64,000 bases of DNA, from positions 27,652,001 to 27,716,000 of the forward strand of contig NC_083417.1 of the NCBI RefSeq assembly GCF_020745735.1, in the 5' to 3' direction. Positions within the stretch are counted from its first letter, which is position 1, and the number at the start of each line of letters is the position of its first letter. Under the pieces are notes generated by a model. It had not been told where the DNA came from. It saw nothing but the letters and a program-made list of their open reading frames with translations, and did no database searches. The position numbers were made by a program, and so were the translations under genes. This DNA comes from Hemiscyllium ocellatum. Lineage: Eukaryota. Shown piece after piece: positions 40,225 to 52,460 of the stretch.

Positions 40225-42525
40225 CTAAAACATGATTTTAAAATAGTGCGAATTAGAAACATTCTCATGACTGGACATAACATAAATTGCACTAAACATA
40301 ATAAGTACAATGTTTAAAGGCTTGAACTAGCTAGGCCAGAAGATTTGTCTCCCATTCACCAATTAGGCCACAGAATAGATAAATCAAGACTTAATGGAAA
40401 AGGTCATGATTACAGATTATTTCAAAGCGGCTGAGCACTAGTGATCTTTAGTGACTTTCAATGACACACTTGGCACAGCGGTTCAACCTTATGTTCATAA
40501 AAATGATACATTTTATTAAAATAAAGCAAACCTTGCTCAAATGCCATTCTTGAGAGATACAGTAAATTGGCAGATGGATTGATTTTTGTGGGTGGGAGAA
40601 TGGTGAGAAAGGTGCATCAGACTGACAAGATATCCACAAGCGTGCACACAATACAGGGAAACAATCAGGACTTAACTCTAGCAGCTTTTCTAGAGAGTTT
40701 GGAATATGATAGTTGTGGCAACTTTCTGGATCAATTCATTCAGCAAAGACAAATCACACCCAAGGCATAGGCTTTGTCAACATCAAGGGAGTAAAACATT
40801 CACTTTAAATCCATATATTATACCCAGTTTTATCTGGGTTCAGGGAATTATAATTTTCAATTCTGGATAACATAAACTGACCTACACCTACACACCAAAA
40901 AGCAGGCACAGACAGAGGTGGCAAACAGAATGTGAACTGATGAAATGTGATCAGAAGGAACTGGGGTGGGTGCTGGAAAAGATGCAATGAACGTACTCTT
41001 CTGGCAAGGTGAATGTAATACCAGGCCCTCATGACAGGCAACTCACTCAGCCATCAGCAACTGAGGAGTCGAAAAATGCAAGTTGCTCTTGACACAGAAG
41101 TGTGTAGCCAGGGCATGTATTGACCCTTCAGCAAGGCTCAGAGGCATAATGCTGAAGATTAATTGTCAGTACTGACAGCATGCATTTAATGTCAATGAAT
41201 TGATTACCCTAGCCACAGGTACAAGCAGTGTTTTACTTATCGTTCATTGTCTTTCGCATAAGTAAAGGGCCATAATGCCTAAGGAAAGTCGCTAACTGGA
41301 GGAAAACTGCCTACCTTATACAATATAACTGACATGGAGGGGCAAGGGATGGAGATTGTCCAGATACATGATCATGAGAAAATGAGGCAGTATCCTTTTT
41401 AGTTCTGAGGAAGAGTCACTTGACCCAAAATGTTAAATGATTTCTCTCCACAGTTGCTGCCAAACACGTTGAGTTTTTCAGCAATTTATACTTCTATCTC
41501 CAAATTACAACATCTGCAGTTCTTTCGGTTTTCATTCTTATTCGAGAGGGGGAGTTGATACTGCAAAGTGTGGACAATGACACTGCAGTGCATATTTCCA
41601 AAGACCGAGTGCATTTAGTGCTGTGGAAGCTTCTGATGTCAAAAGCTAGTTCTCAGATCTTATTTATTCTACAGTTTGACAATTTGAGGAGGAAGACCAA
41701 TTCCTGTGTCTTCACAAGAGCAAGTGCCACCTGTCAAATCTTCCAGGCATGCATTCCACCAGTTGAGATACAGTTGCCTTTCTGGGTCTTTGCATGTAAC
41801 AGGATAGGATGATACTGAATGATGAATACATAAGTGAGCAACTGAGAAAGACAGAGGCAGCTGAAAGCAGACCCCTCAGACAATGGAGGACACTCACACA
41901 GTTCTGCTCAACTGGGAGGAGATGCAAGGTATTATATTTAAAATAAGGAAGAGTTATTTCTGAGCTCACAAGATTCTCATGTCCAGAGCTCTGTCCTTTC
42001 ATGGAATATGTTGCTCTTCATTGCCATTGCATTGAAATCTAAGAGTGAGGCTCCCATGGCTTGCCATTTTGGTGCTTTCTGTTTGTCTAACTAAACACCC
42101 AATGTCAGAAAGCCTTACCCACATTAGCTCTCCCCCCACGAAACATCTCTCATAGCAAAGGGCCTCAGCATTTACTTCTGCCTCATAACCCGTGCACATC
42201 CAATGGCATCTGTTTGCTAACGGCTTAATGCTCCTCTACTTATGAGAATATGATGTTGTGATTCTATTGTGCACCTGACTCCAAAAACACACAGGGAAAA
42301 TTATTCTTCAAATATGGATGTCTAAATCGAACTGTAGACTCAAACAACATGCTAGCTTGGCTGACAAGTTAGCTCGGGCTGACAAGTGGCAATTTCAACA
42401 AGAGATAATCAAACAAAGGAGAGTCACTGCCTAGATAAGAATTTATTGCCCCCCTGTGACTGCCTTGACAGTGAGGTGTAAGTTGCTTTCTTAAACCACA
42501 GCAGTCCACGAGGTATTGAAATTTA

Positions 42526-42834
42526 GGGGCGGCATGGTAGCACAGCAGTTAGCACTGCTGCTTCACAACACCAGGATCCCAGGTTCGATTCTAGTCTCGG
42601 GCAACTGTCTGTGGAGGTTGCACATTCTCACCGTGTCTGCGTGGGTTTCCTCTGGGTGCTCTGGTTTCCTCCCACAGTCCAAAGATCTGCAAATTGGCCA
42701 TGCTAAATTGCCCATACTGTTGGGTGCATTAGTCAGAGCTAAATGGGTCTGGGGGGCTTACTGTTCGGAGGGTCGGTGTGAACTGGTTGGGCCAAAGGGC
42801 CTGTTTCCACAGTGTAGGGAATCTAATTTAATCT
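42526..42834 (+). mobile_element. V-SINE
   Basis: tRNA head, V core and a TCTAA-type tail. Confidence 0.88.
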
Positions 42835-43049
42835 ACGCCCAACAGTGCTGTTAGGGAGGGAGATTCAGAATTTTAGCCTGGTGAATGAATAAATAGTGTC
42901 ATGACTCCAAAAGAGGATGGTATATAGCTTGAAAGAGAGTTTGCAAGTGGTGTTTTTCCTATGATCTGCTTTCCTTGTCCTCCCAGGTGGCAGGAATGTT
43001 TTTAGAAATAATACTTGCAGACTATATTTGCAGTCATTTGGACACGTGT

Positions 43050-44070
43050 GGATTAATTAAAGAAAGCTTGTCTGGACTTCTTCAGAATAATATTGTTTGA
43101 TTAATTTGATTGCATTTTTTAAGTGAAGTAACAGAAAGGTGCCGAGAGTAATGTTATGATGATGCACGTGGATGCCCAAAGATGTTTGAAGAAGTATCCC
43201 ACATATTGGACTCATCAAAGATGCAATCATTAGAACAGAATCAATAGTGGCTGCATGTGTACAAATTTTCCCAAGTGACAAGGCAAAGTTGTGTCAAAAG
43301 ATTGCCTTTTAGACTGGAGGAAAGCACATAGCGGGGTTTCCCAGGATTGGTTCGACAGCTACAGCTTAACGTGATGATATTAATGACCTAAATTCAACTG
43401 TGAAGGGTTCAATTTCAAAATGTGCAGTTGCACAAAATTTCCAAGTATTGAGGGTGGTGAGGAAGAGAGTGAAAGACTGAAAAGAATATACAGAGACTTG
43501 TGAAATGGGGGAATACTTTGGGAGAAATTTAATGCAGACAAGCATGAAGGGATATATTTTGGCAGAAAAAAACAAGGAAAGGCAATATACAATTCTAAAG
43601 GAGATGCTGAACAGAGGAATAGCTGGATAGGTTGATAATGTGATTCACTAAACATACAAGATTCAGGGTTTCAGAAATTGAGATTTACCATTCAAAATAA
43701 GGAAGTAATAATGAAACTTGACAAAACTCTTCTTTAGCCTTAACGAGAACATTGTGGTTAATTCTGGGCAGGTCATGAAGACATTGGTGTGTGCACAAAC
43801 AAATTATGAGAATTATTTTGGGGCTGACAGCATTCAGTAACAAGGATAAACTGGTGAAGCTGGAGATATTCTCTTTAAAGACAAAGTTGAGTGAAAATGT
43901 GAAAGAAGTGGTCAAAATCACGAGAATCTAGCCAGGGTAGATATGAATGTGCCACGACTTAAAAAGGTACAGACCAAAACATCTGGTAAACAAATCAGAG
44001 ACTTGAGGGAGGGAAAAATCCAGCAAGTGATTGTGCTCTGGGATGCACTGGCTGGAGAAAGAAAGTTTTT
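43050..44070 (+). mobile_element. highly decayed CR1-like LINE
   Basis: Faint remnants (SGVSQ, NVKGSISKCA, KFNADK) in CR1 order. Confidence 0.5.
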
Positions 44071-44071
44071 T

Positions 44072-44381
44072 TTTAGATTAGACTTACAGTATGGAAACAG
44101 GCCCTTCGGCCCAACAAGTCCACACCGACCCACCGAAGCGCAACCCACCCATATCCCTACATTTATCCCTTACCTAACACTACAGGCAATTTAGCATGGC
44201 CAATTCACCTGACCCACACATCTTTGGACTGTGGGAGGAAACCGGAGCACCCGGAGGAAACCCACGCAGACACGGGGAGAACGTGCAAACTCCACACAGT
44301 CTGTCGCCTGAGTCGGGAATTGAACCCTGGTCTCAGGCGCTGTGAGGCAGCAGTGCTAACCACTGTGCCACCGTGCCGCCC
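44072..44381 (-). mobile_element. V-SINE, young full-length copy
   Basis: Nearly identical to 2421-2745. Confidence 0.93.
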
Positions 44382-44382
44382 T

Positions 44383-45345
44383 AATGTGTTGAAAATGTGT
44401 TGCTGGAAAAGCACAGCAGGTCAGGCAGCATCCAAGGAGCAGAAGAATCGACGTTTCGGGCATGAGCCCTTCTTCAGGAATGAGGAGAGTGTGCCAAGCA
44501 GGCTAAGATAAAAGATAGGAGGAGGGACTTGGGGAGAGGCGTTGGAAGTGTGATAGGTGGAAGGAGGTTAAGGTGAGGGTGATAGGCCGAAATGGGGGTG
44601 GGGGCGAAGAGGTCAGGAAGAAAATTGCAGGTTAGGAAGGTGGTGCTGAGTTCGAGGGTTGGGACTGAGACAAGGTTGGGGGTGGAGAAATGAGGAAACT
44701 GGAGAAATCTGAGTTCATACCTTGTGGTTGGAGGGTTCTTAGGTGGAAGATGAGGCGCTCTTCCTCCAGCCGTCGTATTGCTATGGAGTGGTGATGGAGG
44801 ATTCCAAGGACCTGCATGTCCTTGGTGGAGTGGGACGGGGAGTTGAAATGTTAAGCCACGGGGTGGTTGGGTTGGTTGGTCCGGGTGTCCCAGAGGTGTT
44901 CTCTGAAACGTTCCGCAAGTAGGCGGCCTGTCTCCCCAATAGAGAGGAGGCCACATTGGGTGCAGTGGATGCAGTAAATGGTGTGTGTGGAGGTGCAGGT
45001 GAATTTGTGGCGGATATGGAAGGATCCCTTGGGGGGAGGTGTGGGCGCAAGTTTTGCATTTCTTGCAGTTGCAGGGGAAGGTACCGGGAGTGGAGGTTGG
45101 GGGTGTGGACCTGACGAGAGTGTCACGGAGGGAGTGATCTTTTCAGAACGCTGATAGGGGAGGGGAGGGAAATATATCCCTGGTGGTGGGGTTCGTTTGG
45201 AGGTGGCGGAAATGACGACGGGTGACATGATGTATCTGGAGGTTGGTGGGGACCAGTGGGGTTCTGTCCTGGTGGCAATTGGAGGGGCGGGAAGTGGAGG
45301 AGATGCAGTGAGGACTCCAGCATCTGCAGTCCTCACTTTCTCCTA
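44383..45345 (-). mobile_element. 5'-truncated Penelope-like retroelement
   Basis: FTCTSTHTIYCIHCTQCGLLSIGETGRLLAERFREHL...RRLEEERLIFHLRTLQPQGMN (GIY-YIG). An inverted pseudo-LTR fragment CCAGCATCTGCAGTCCTCACTTTCTCCT lies at 45317-45344. Confidence 0.9.
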
Positions 45346-45679
45346 GGAGAAAGAAAGTTCCAAGGCAAAGGGGAAAAGGCAGGGCTTGGAACCAGCTAAA
45401 TAGCTCTTCAAGACCCAGAAAAGACACAAAATGGCCAATGGCTGTAATCAGTCTGAAACTAAAAATTTTAGTCATTGAATGGTAAATCAAATAATCAACT
45501 ACAATGTTGTTTTATTTACTAGTATAAATATTACTTCCTTTTTCATCTTCAAAAAAAATTAAAACACTACCGTAATTTTTAAAATTCAAACTGGGCAAAC
45601 GGGTAAACAATCTACAAGCTAACTTCAGTTCACATATTACCACATCAACATGTTCAGGTTTCAACATTAAGGAACTTAC

Positions 45680-45735
45680 CTGTCTTTTAGATGAACAGGA
45701 AAAATTACTCTCTGTTGGTGAAGTTCTTCCATTTC
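45680..45735 (-). CDS. TERF2: TERF2 penultimate small exon
   Basis: ttcttttctag acceptor, gtaagt donor. 56 nt, (R)NGRTSPTESNFSCSSKRQ. Phase 1 in, phase 0 out, joining directly to KWTVEES. Confidence 0.88.
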
Positions 45736-46049
45736 CTAGAAAAGAAATAACCAGTTACTAATATTTAAATCAGACTGATAAAAATGATCATAACAAGTTT
45801 TAGAATAAATAAAATGGGCTGCAATTTGTTCTGAGTAAATCTAATAATGTTTGCTGTGACTTTACAAAGACTTCATTTGTTACTTGTTTGCACATGCTTC
45901 CCATTATAAATTCCTGTCACAATGTTATAATGGAAGCTTCCAATTTTAATTTCACATCTTGTAATATTTTCTTACCAATGGTACAGTGCAATGACTCAGT
46001 TTTGCAACATTTCAGCCTATCCTGCAAGAAAATGCTTATGCTCTAATCA

Positions 46050-46770
46050 ATACCGCACAGGAACAGGCCTTTTGGCCCGCAATGTTGAGCCGAACATGAT
46101 GCCAAATTAAACTAATCCTTTTTGCCTGCCTTGATCCATATTCCTCCATTCTTGCATATTCACGTGCTTATCTAAAAGTCCCAAAATGCACCTATCATAT
46201 TTGCCTCCACCACCAGTCCTGGCAGTGCTCCACCACTCTGAGAAAAAAACATGCACCTTACATCTCCTTTGATCTTTCCTCGTCTCACCTTAAAGGCATG
46301 CCACCTAGTATTAGACATTTTAACTCTAGGAAAAAGGCTCTGACCGTCTACACATGTTAAAATTTTATAAACTTCTACTAAGTCTCCCCACAGCTGCCAC
46401 CATTTCAGAGAAAGCAACAACAATTTTTCTAGCCTCTCCTTATAGCTCATACCCTTTAATCCAAACAACATCCTGGTAAACTTCTTCTGCATTCTCTCCA
46501 AAGCCTCCACGCCCTTCCTGAAATGTGGCAACCAAAACTGAACACAATACTCTAAGTGTGGCCTAACCAAAGTCTTATAAAGTTGCAACTTGACATCCAG
46601 ACTCAATTCCCCAACCAAAAAGAGCAAGCATGCTATATGCCTTCTTTACCACCCTATCTACTTGCGTGGTCACCTTCAAGGAGCAATGGACTTGAACCCC
46701 AAGATCCCTCTGTACATCAATGATATTCAAGGTCCTGCCATTAACAGTATACTTTTCCTTGGACTTGGAT
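46050..46770 (-). mobile_element. CR1-like LINE 3' fragment
   Basis: LQLYKTLVRPHLEYCVQFWLPHFRKGVEALERMQKKFTRML. Confidence 0.9.
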
Positions 46771-47920
46771 CAATGCAGTGTAATTTTCAATGGAGCACAT
46801 GAGATGTCAAGACTAATACAAGACAAAATAATTGGTTTTAAAGATCATGCTAGCACTGACTTGTAATATTAATAAACTGCTTTCCAGAAAACTGGCCAAC
46901 ATGGTTTTTCCACTTTTGAATTCCAATCTGTTCACTGCTACTTAACTTAAATCGATCCAACACTAGATCATTGTCAATGGATTCCTTTTGTTAGTCCATC
47001 ATCCCCACTAGATTTCTTCATCAGCTTTAATCACCTCTGTTCTGTTGTGCTACTACTTGTGTTTGTAAAATTCATTATTTCGTCTTATGCCACTTTCTGT
47101 TCTTTCTTCATACCCTCACTAGCCAACCGTAAGAATTCTTTAAGCTTCCCTCTTTATTTTCAGTAATCAATTATGTTTGATAATTGTGATCCTGGATGAG
47201 CCAGTTGCAATGTCAGCTGCTTTGGCAATGATCAGCCTTATTCGAAGGTCAGACACAAGGCTGTTCATAACTGATTCTACAACAAGTAACATTGCAACCC
47301 CTACATTAACAGAATTTTCCCGAGCCAGCGAACTGTAGGACACAGACATGAGATGACAAATGGGCAGACCATAAAAATCATCTAGATGTCAAACATAAAA
47401 TGACCAAACTCCCTCCCATTTCCTTTATCAGTGCCACTACGCCGAATTTTCAACTTCAACATCCAAGATTTTATCATTATTAAATACGAACTGCATCTGA
47501 TATATCAACACAATATGGACAAGAAAGGGAAAAAATGGACTATTCCAATGCAAGTAATTCATTTTATGATTCCCCATGCGCTTCTCCACAACGATGCCTT
47601 TCCATTTCCAACCGGCTCAGTCACCAAATCTCATACCAAGTCTCTTGACATACATGTACACCTGCTACTCATTATCATGGGGGCAGAATTCTAGAATTCC
47701 CTATCTAACACTTTTACCCATAAAACATCCAGCATGTCAAAGACATGCTGAAGCTAACAAAACATCAGCAATAAACACAGCCCTACCAACATAGTTCTGT
47801 CCTCTGAATGTGGACAATTTTAAAAACAAGAGTGAAGTTAGTTATTAGTTGTCTGGCTAAAATAGTGCATTGTTATGCAAGTCAACATTTATATTTTGAA
47901 TGCTGTGCTATTTTACTCAC

Positions 47921-48015
47921 GGATGGAATATTTTTTAGGTACATCAAAAAGAAATTCTTCATCACTCCATTCTTCCTTGCCCTCAATGCCTCCAGGATAA
48001 TTCACCTGGTTACAC
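47921..48015 (-). CDS. TERF2: TERF2 exon carrying the acidic iDDR-like motif
   Basis: caatag acceptor, gtgagt donor. 95 nt, (W)CNQVNYPGGIEGKEEWSDEEFLFDVPKKYSI, resembling the recalled human EKETWVEEDELF. Phases fit both neighbours. Confidence 0.9.
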
Positions 48016-48140
48016 CTATTGGTGATTTAAAATATTAGATTTCAAATCATACAAATAATAGCATTGTTGTCTTTGAAAGAGGCCTGGAAACAGGATCTTT
48101 CCACATGGAGACGACTTGAATCACTATTTCTCAGACTAAA

Positions 48141-48300
48141 TAGAGGAACCTCGACTATCCAAATGACACGGGTGGGGAGTATTTTGTTTGGATAATGAAA
48201 TGCTGGATAACACAGTTTAGCCAAGCTTCGGGACCATGCGATCTTGCTCGGATAATCCGAAATTCGGATAATCAAATGCCGGATAATCAAGCTTTCTCTG
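48141..48300. mobile_element. Tc1/mariner (Tigger-like) MITE
   Basis: Imperfect TIRs TAGAGGAACCTCGACTATCC ... GGATAATCAAGCTTTCTCTG followed by TA, with internal GGATAATC repeats. Confidence 0.7.
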
Positions 48301-49004
48301 TAGTTGTTTCTATCATATCCCAAAAATAGGGTTATTATACAAAAATACTAATAATAATTTATTACTTCTGGCCCATTATACATACCAATCTATTGGTTTC
48401 AGAATAGAAATCCATCAACCAAGTTTCTTCAATAAGCAACAAAACTATTGATTTAATATAAAACAAGACTTATTCAATAAAGATGCACAATTTATTAATG
48501 CAGTTTGTACTATGACAGAATGAAGACATGTCCTTCTGAACAACCCCTAATATGCAATTGTACACACATCAAGGAATAAAAACATTTTCTCTGTAGATAT
48601 TGGGGCTCTGATTAAACAAAAACTAAATAATTGTTGATTCTTGAAGAAAATCTGCTAAGATGTGAGATGTTCTACATGGCTTTTTATATGGACCTGGTAC
48701 ATGCATACATGTGTCATGACAAGTGCAATTTGTTCAGGGGATGTCAACAGAACATCTTCTATAAGCTTTTCAAGAGAAGATGATGCTTCAGTTTTTCTAG
48801 CTGTCACACTCGAGACTCAAGAAGGATTTTTTTTTCCCAAAAAGCTGGGAGTAGTAGAATTTGGGTAGTTTCGGTCTTAGTTGGCTAGACCTCAAAATGA
48901 ACAACAAGCAATCTCAAACAGCCACAACTCCACACAGCCATAACCTCAAATATGTGACTTCAAATAAATTGGTCCACATGGTTAGCTGAAAACACGTGAT
49001 AACG

Positions 49005-50365
49005 AGAGTTCAGAGTCAGTATGTTCCTGAGGGGGAAAGGTAAGTCTGTTACGATTAAAGAACAATGCATGAAATAAAGATATTGAGGTTCTAGTCGAGA
49101 ATTAAAAAAAAATCATGTATTATATATGAACTGGGTTCAAATGAGCCTCTTGAGCAGCATAAAAAGTAAAGAAGAATTCTTAAGAGGTACATTGAGTAGG
49201 CAAAGAGAGGACATGACAAATAAGGTTAAGGATAATCCAAAAGAGATTCTACAAATTCATTAAGAGCAAGAGAGTAGGCCCCCGTAACGATCAAGGAGGT
49301 CATCTTTGTGTTGAACCTCAGGAGATGGCAGGATATTAAATGAATATTTTGTGTTCGTTTTTACTATGGAGAAAAAAAGGAGGCCAGAGAACTCAAAGAA
49401 ATAAATATTGATGTTATACAAACAATTCGCATTACAAAAGGGGAAATGCTAGAGGTCTTAGAAAATGTAAAGGTGATTAAGTCTCTGGGACCTGATCTTG
49501 TATATACCTCAGGACTTTGTGGGAAGTTAGGGAACAAATTGTGGGGCTCATTGCAGAAATATCTGGATCATCTAAAAACACAGGTGAGGTGCCTGATGAC
49601 GGAAGGGTGCTAATGTTGTGCCTTTGTTTAAGAGGAGGTGCAAGGACAAGCTTGGGAATTGTAGACTTGCAAGTCTGACTTAGGTGGTGGGTAATTTGTG
49701 GAAGTGATTCTGAAAATTAGGAATTAAATGCATTTGGAGAGCCAAGAAATTATTAGAGAGTGTCAGCATGTTGTTGCGCCAGGGAAATCATGTCTCTCAA
49801 ACTTCTGAGTTTTTTGAGGAAGTATCCAAGAATATTATGACAGCAGAGTGGTAGATATTGTTTACTTGGACTTAAATAAAAGGACGTTGGTGAGGCCTCT
49901 TCTGGAGTAATGTGTCCAGTTCTGGTCTGCCTGTTAAAGGAAGGGTATTACTAAGCTGGGAGGATTCAGAAGAGATTTACCAGGATGTTGCTGGGAATAG
50001 AGTGTTTGAGTTATAAGGAGAGATGGATAGGCTTGAGACTATTTGTCACTGGAGCATTGGAAATTGAGAGGTGGCCTTATTGAGGTTTATAAACTAATGA
50101 GGGGTTTACATAAGGTGAATGGCAGGTGTCTTTTCCCCGGAGAGGGGGGAGTGGTTTCAAGACTAGAGGGCATATTTTTAAGGTCAGAGGAGAAAAAGAT
50201 TTAAAAAAAAGACAAAGGGCAATTCTGCATAAGTGAGTGTATAAGAAATGTATGGCGGGATATGGGCCAAGTGCAGGCAAATAAGGCTAGTTTAGTTTGG
50301 AATAATGGTCGGCATGGTCTGGTTGGACCAAATGGTCTCTTTCTATGCTAAATGACTCTGACTAT
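49005..50365 (+). mobile_element. decayed CR1-like LINE with an internal deletion
   Basis: KDNPK..KFIKSKR, ILNEYFVFVFT, ANVVPLFKR and LVRPLLE.CVQFWS remnants. Confidence 0.85.
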
Positions 50366-50366
50366 A

Positions 50367-50978
50367 CCATTTTTTACTCGAAGATTTTAACCTACTGCGA
50401 ATCCTCTTACAAGGATGCCTTCCTTGAAGAAGCTCTCTTCCTCCCTCTACAAGGATTTCAGTGAGTCTCTCTCTCACTGCACCCCCCAGGTCATCTCCTC
50501 TGCACAGAAACTCTTCAGCCACGTTCTCAAACAGACTCGTTACCACAGCCACATCTCCTTCCTCAGCACCTGCCTAAGGAACCGACTGATCCCACACGGA
50601 CTCCGAACTACATTCCAACCAACAAAATTTGGCCTAATTTCCCCTCCCCCCACCTTGTCTCAGTCGGTTCCCTCAACTCAGCACTGCCCTCCTAAACTGC
50701 AATCTCCTTACTGACCTCTCCGCCCCCACCCCACTCCGGCCTATCACCCTCACCTTGACCTCCTTCCACCTATCCCACCTCCATCGCCCCCTCCCCCAAG
50801 TCCCTCCTCCCTACCTTTTATCTTAGCCTGCTTGGCTACTCTCTCTCATTCCTGATGAAGGGCTTATGCTCGAAACGTCGATTTCCCTATTCCTGAGATG
50901 CTGCCTAACCTGCTGTGCTTTAACCAGCAACACATTTTCAGCTGTGATCTCCAGCATCTGCAGACCTCATTTTTTACT
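50367..50978 (+). mobile_element. internally deleted Penelope-like element: ORF N-terminus fused to the 3' pseudo-LTR region
   Basis: ORF 50415 MPSLKKLSS...SHISFLSTCLRNRLIPHGL jumps at about 50633 to 3' sequence shared with 44400-44700. CATTTTTTACT is repeated at both ends. Confidence 0.75.
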
Positions 50979-51439
50979 ATACAATTTACAGTAAATATTA
51001 CTTTTAAAATGCCCAAATTATTCTTTTCCTGGCCTTTTGAAAAACAATTCAAGTCCATACTTCTGCCTTTGAAAGATTTCTACAATATTTTTAACAAACA
51101 TTGGTATTTTGAAAGTTAAATATGCCTTACCAGAATGGTCTGCATCCAAGTATTGTTAAATAGTTTTCCCACATAGATTAGATGAGAAAATGTACAAGTG
51201 AGAGTCCTTCTTTTTAAAAATAGTTCAAGTACTTGACCTCTCACAGTTATTTGGTTCAGATAGCATAGATGAAATCACTCGACTGAAATAGTCAGTTGAG
51301 TTACTCTTTATAAGACAAATAGTATGTGACAAATGGTTGTTGTTCCAAAGCAAAAATCTATTCCACAAGAGTTTGGGCTTTTGCAAAACAATTTCTACGT
51401 TGATGACGACAAATTTACTGACTGTCAAATTATTTTTTA

Positions 51440-52460
51440 ATTTACTAAAAACAAATATCGGTCCCTTACAGCCAGAAGCTGGAGAAATTATGATTGGGTG
51501 AAAAACAGAAATGGCAGAAAAGCTGAACACTTACTTTCATTCTATCTACACAAGAGGCACAATAACCTTCCAAAAATATTTTGGGACCAGAGATCGAGTG
51601 TGAGGTGAAATTGAAGGAAATCAATATTCAGAAGAAAATTATGCTGGAGAAATTAGTAGGGTTAAAGGCTGACAAATCACCAGGGGCTAATAATCCTAGA
51701 ATACTACAAAAAGGTGGTCCTGGAAACACGATGAATTAGAAACATTAGTGGTCATCTTCCAAAATTCTACAGACTCTGTAGTAGATCCGACAGCTTGGAG
51801 GGTGGCAAATGTTTAGAAAGGGAGAAAGAAGGAAACAGAGAATTATGGAGCAGTTAGCCTAACATCAGTACGGAAAAATATTTGAGTCTATTATAAAATA
51901 TAGCACAAATTACAGAACATTTGGAAAACATTAACAGGATTGAACGAAGTCAGGTTGGGTTCACAAATGGTTAAACATGCTTAAATTATAATAGATAAGG
52001 GAGATCAGTGGATCTAGTTGATTTGGATTTTCAGAAGACTTTTGACAAGGTCCCTCATAAGTGGTAATTAGCAAAGTTAAGCACATGGGGTAACATATTA
52101 GCATGGATTGAGAATAGTTTGACAGAGGGTTAACAGATTAGGAATAAATGGGTCCTTTATTGAGTGGCAGGCAGTGACTGGTAGGGCACAACAAGGAGCA
52201 GTGCTGAGGTGCCAACTATTCACAATATAATTAAATGAACTAGATGAGGGAACCAAATACAACATTTTCAGATTTTAACAACCTGCAGAATTCTATACCA
52301 CAGAAGGTTGTGAAAGCCGAATCACTGAATAAAATCAAGAAAGAAATAGATATAGTTTTAGATATTAAAGGCATCAAGGGGTAAACAGAAAACGATAACA
52401 TGGCATTGAGATAGAGGGTCAATCACGATCATACTGAATGGCCAAGCAAGCTCAATGGGT
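51440..52460 (+). mobile_element. decayed CR1-like LINE
   Basis: EMAEKLNTYF, LKADKSPG and LDFQKTFDKVPH remnants. Confidence 0.85.

Noticed and set aside
51125-51300. Possible extra TERF2 exon ending at a CTG|gtaagg donor near 51131
   Set aside because: No convincing acceptor or TRF2 similarity, and the flanking exons already join in phase.
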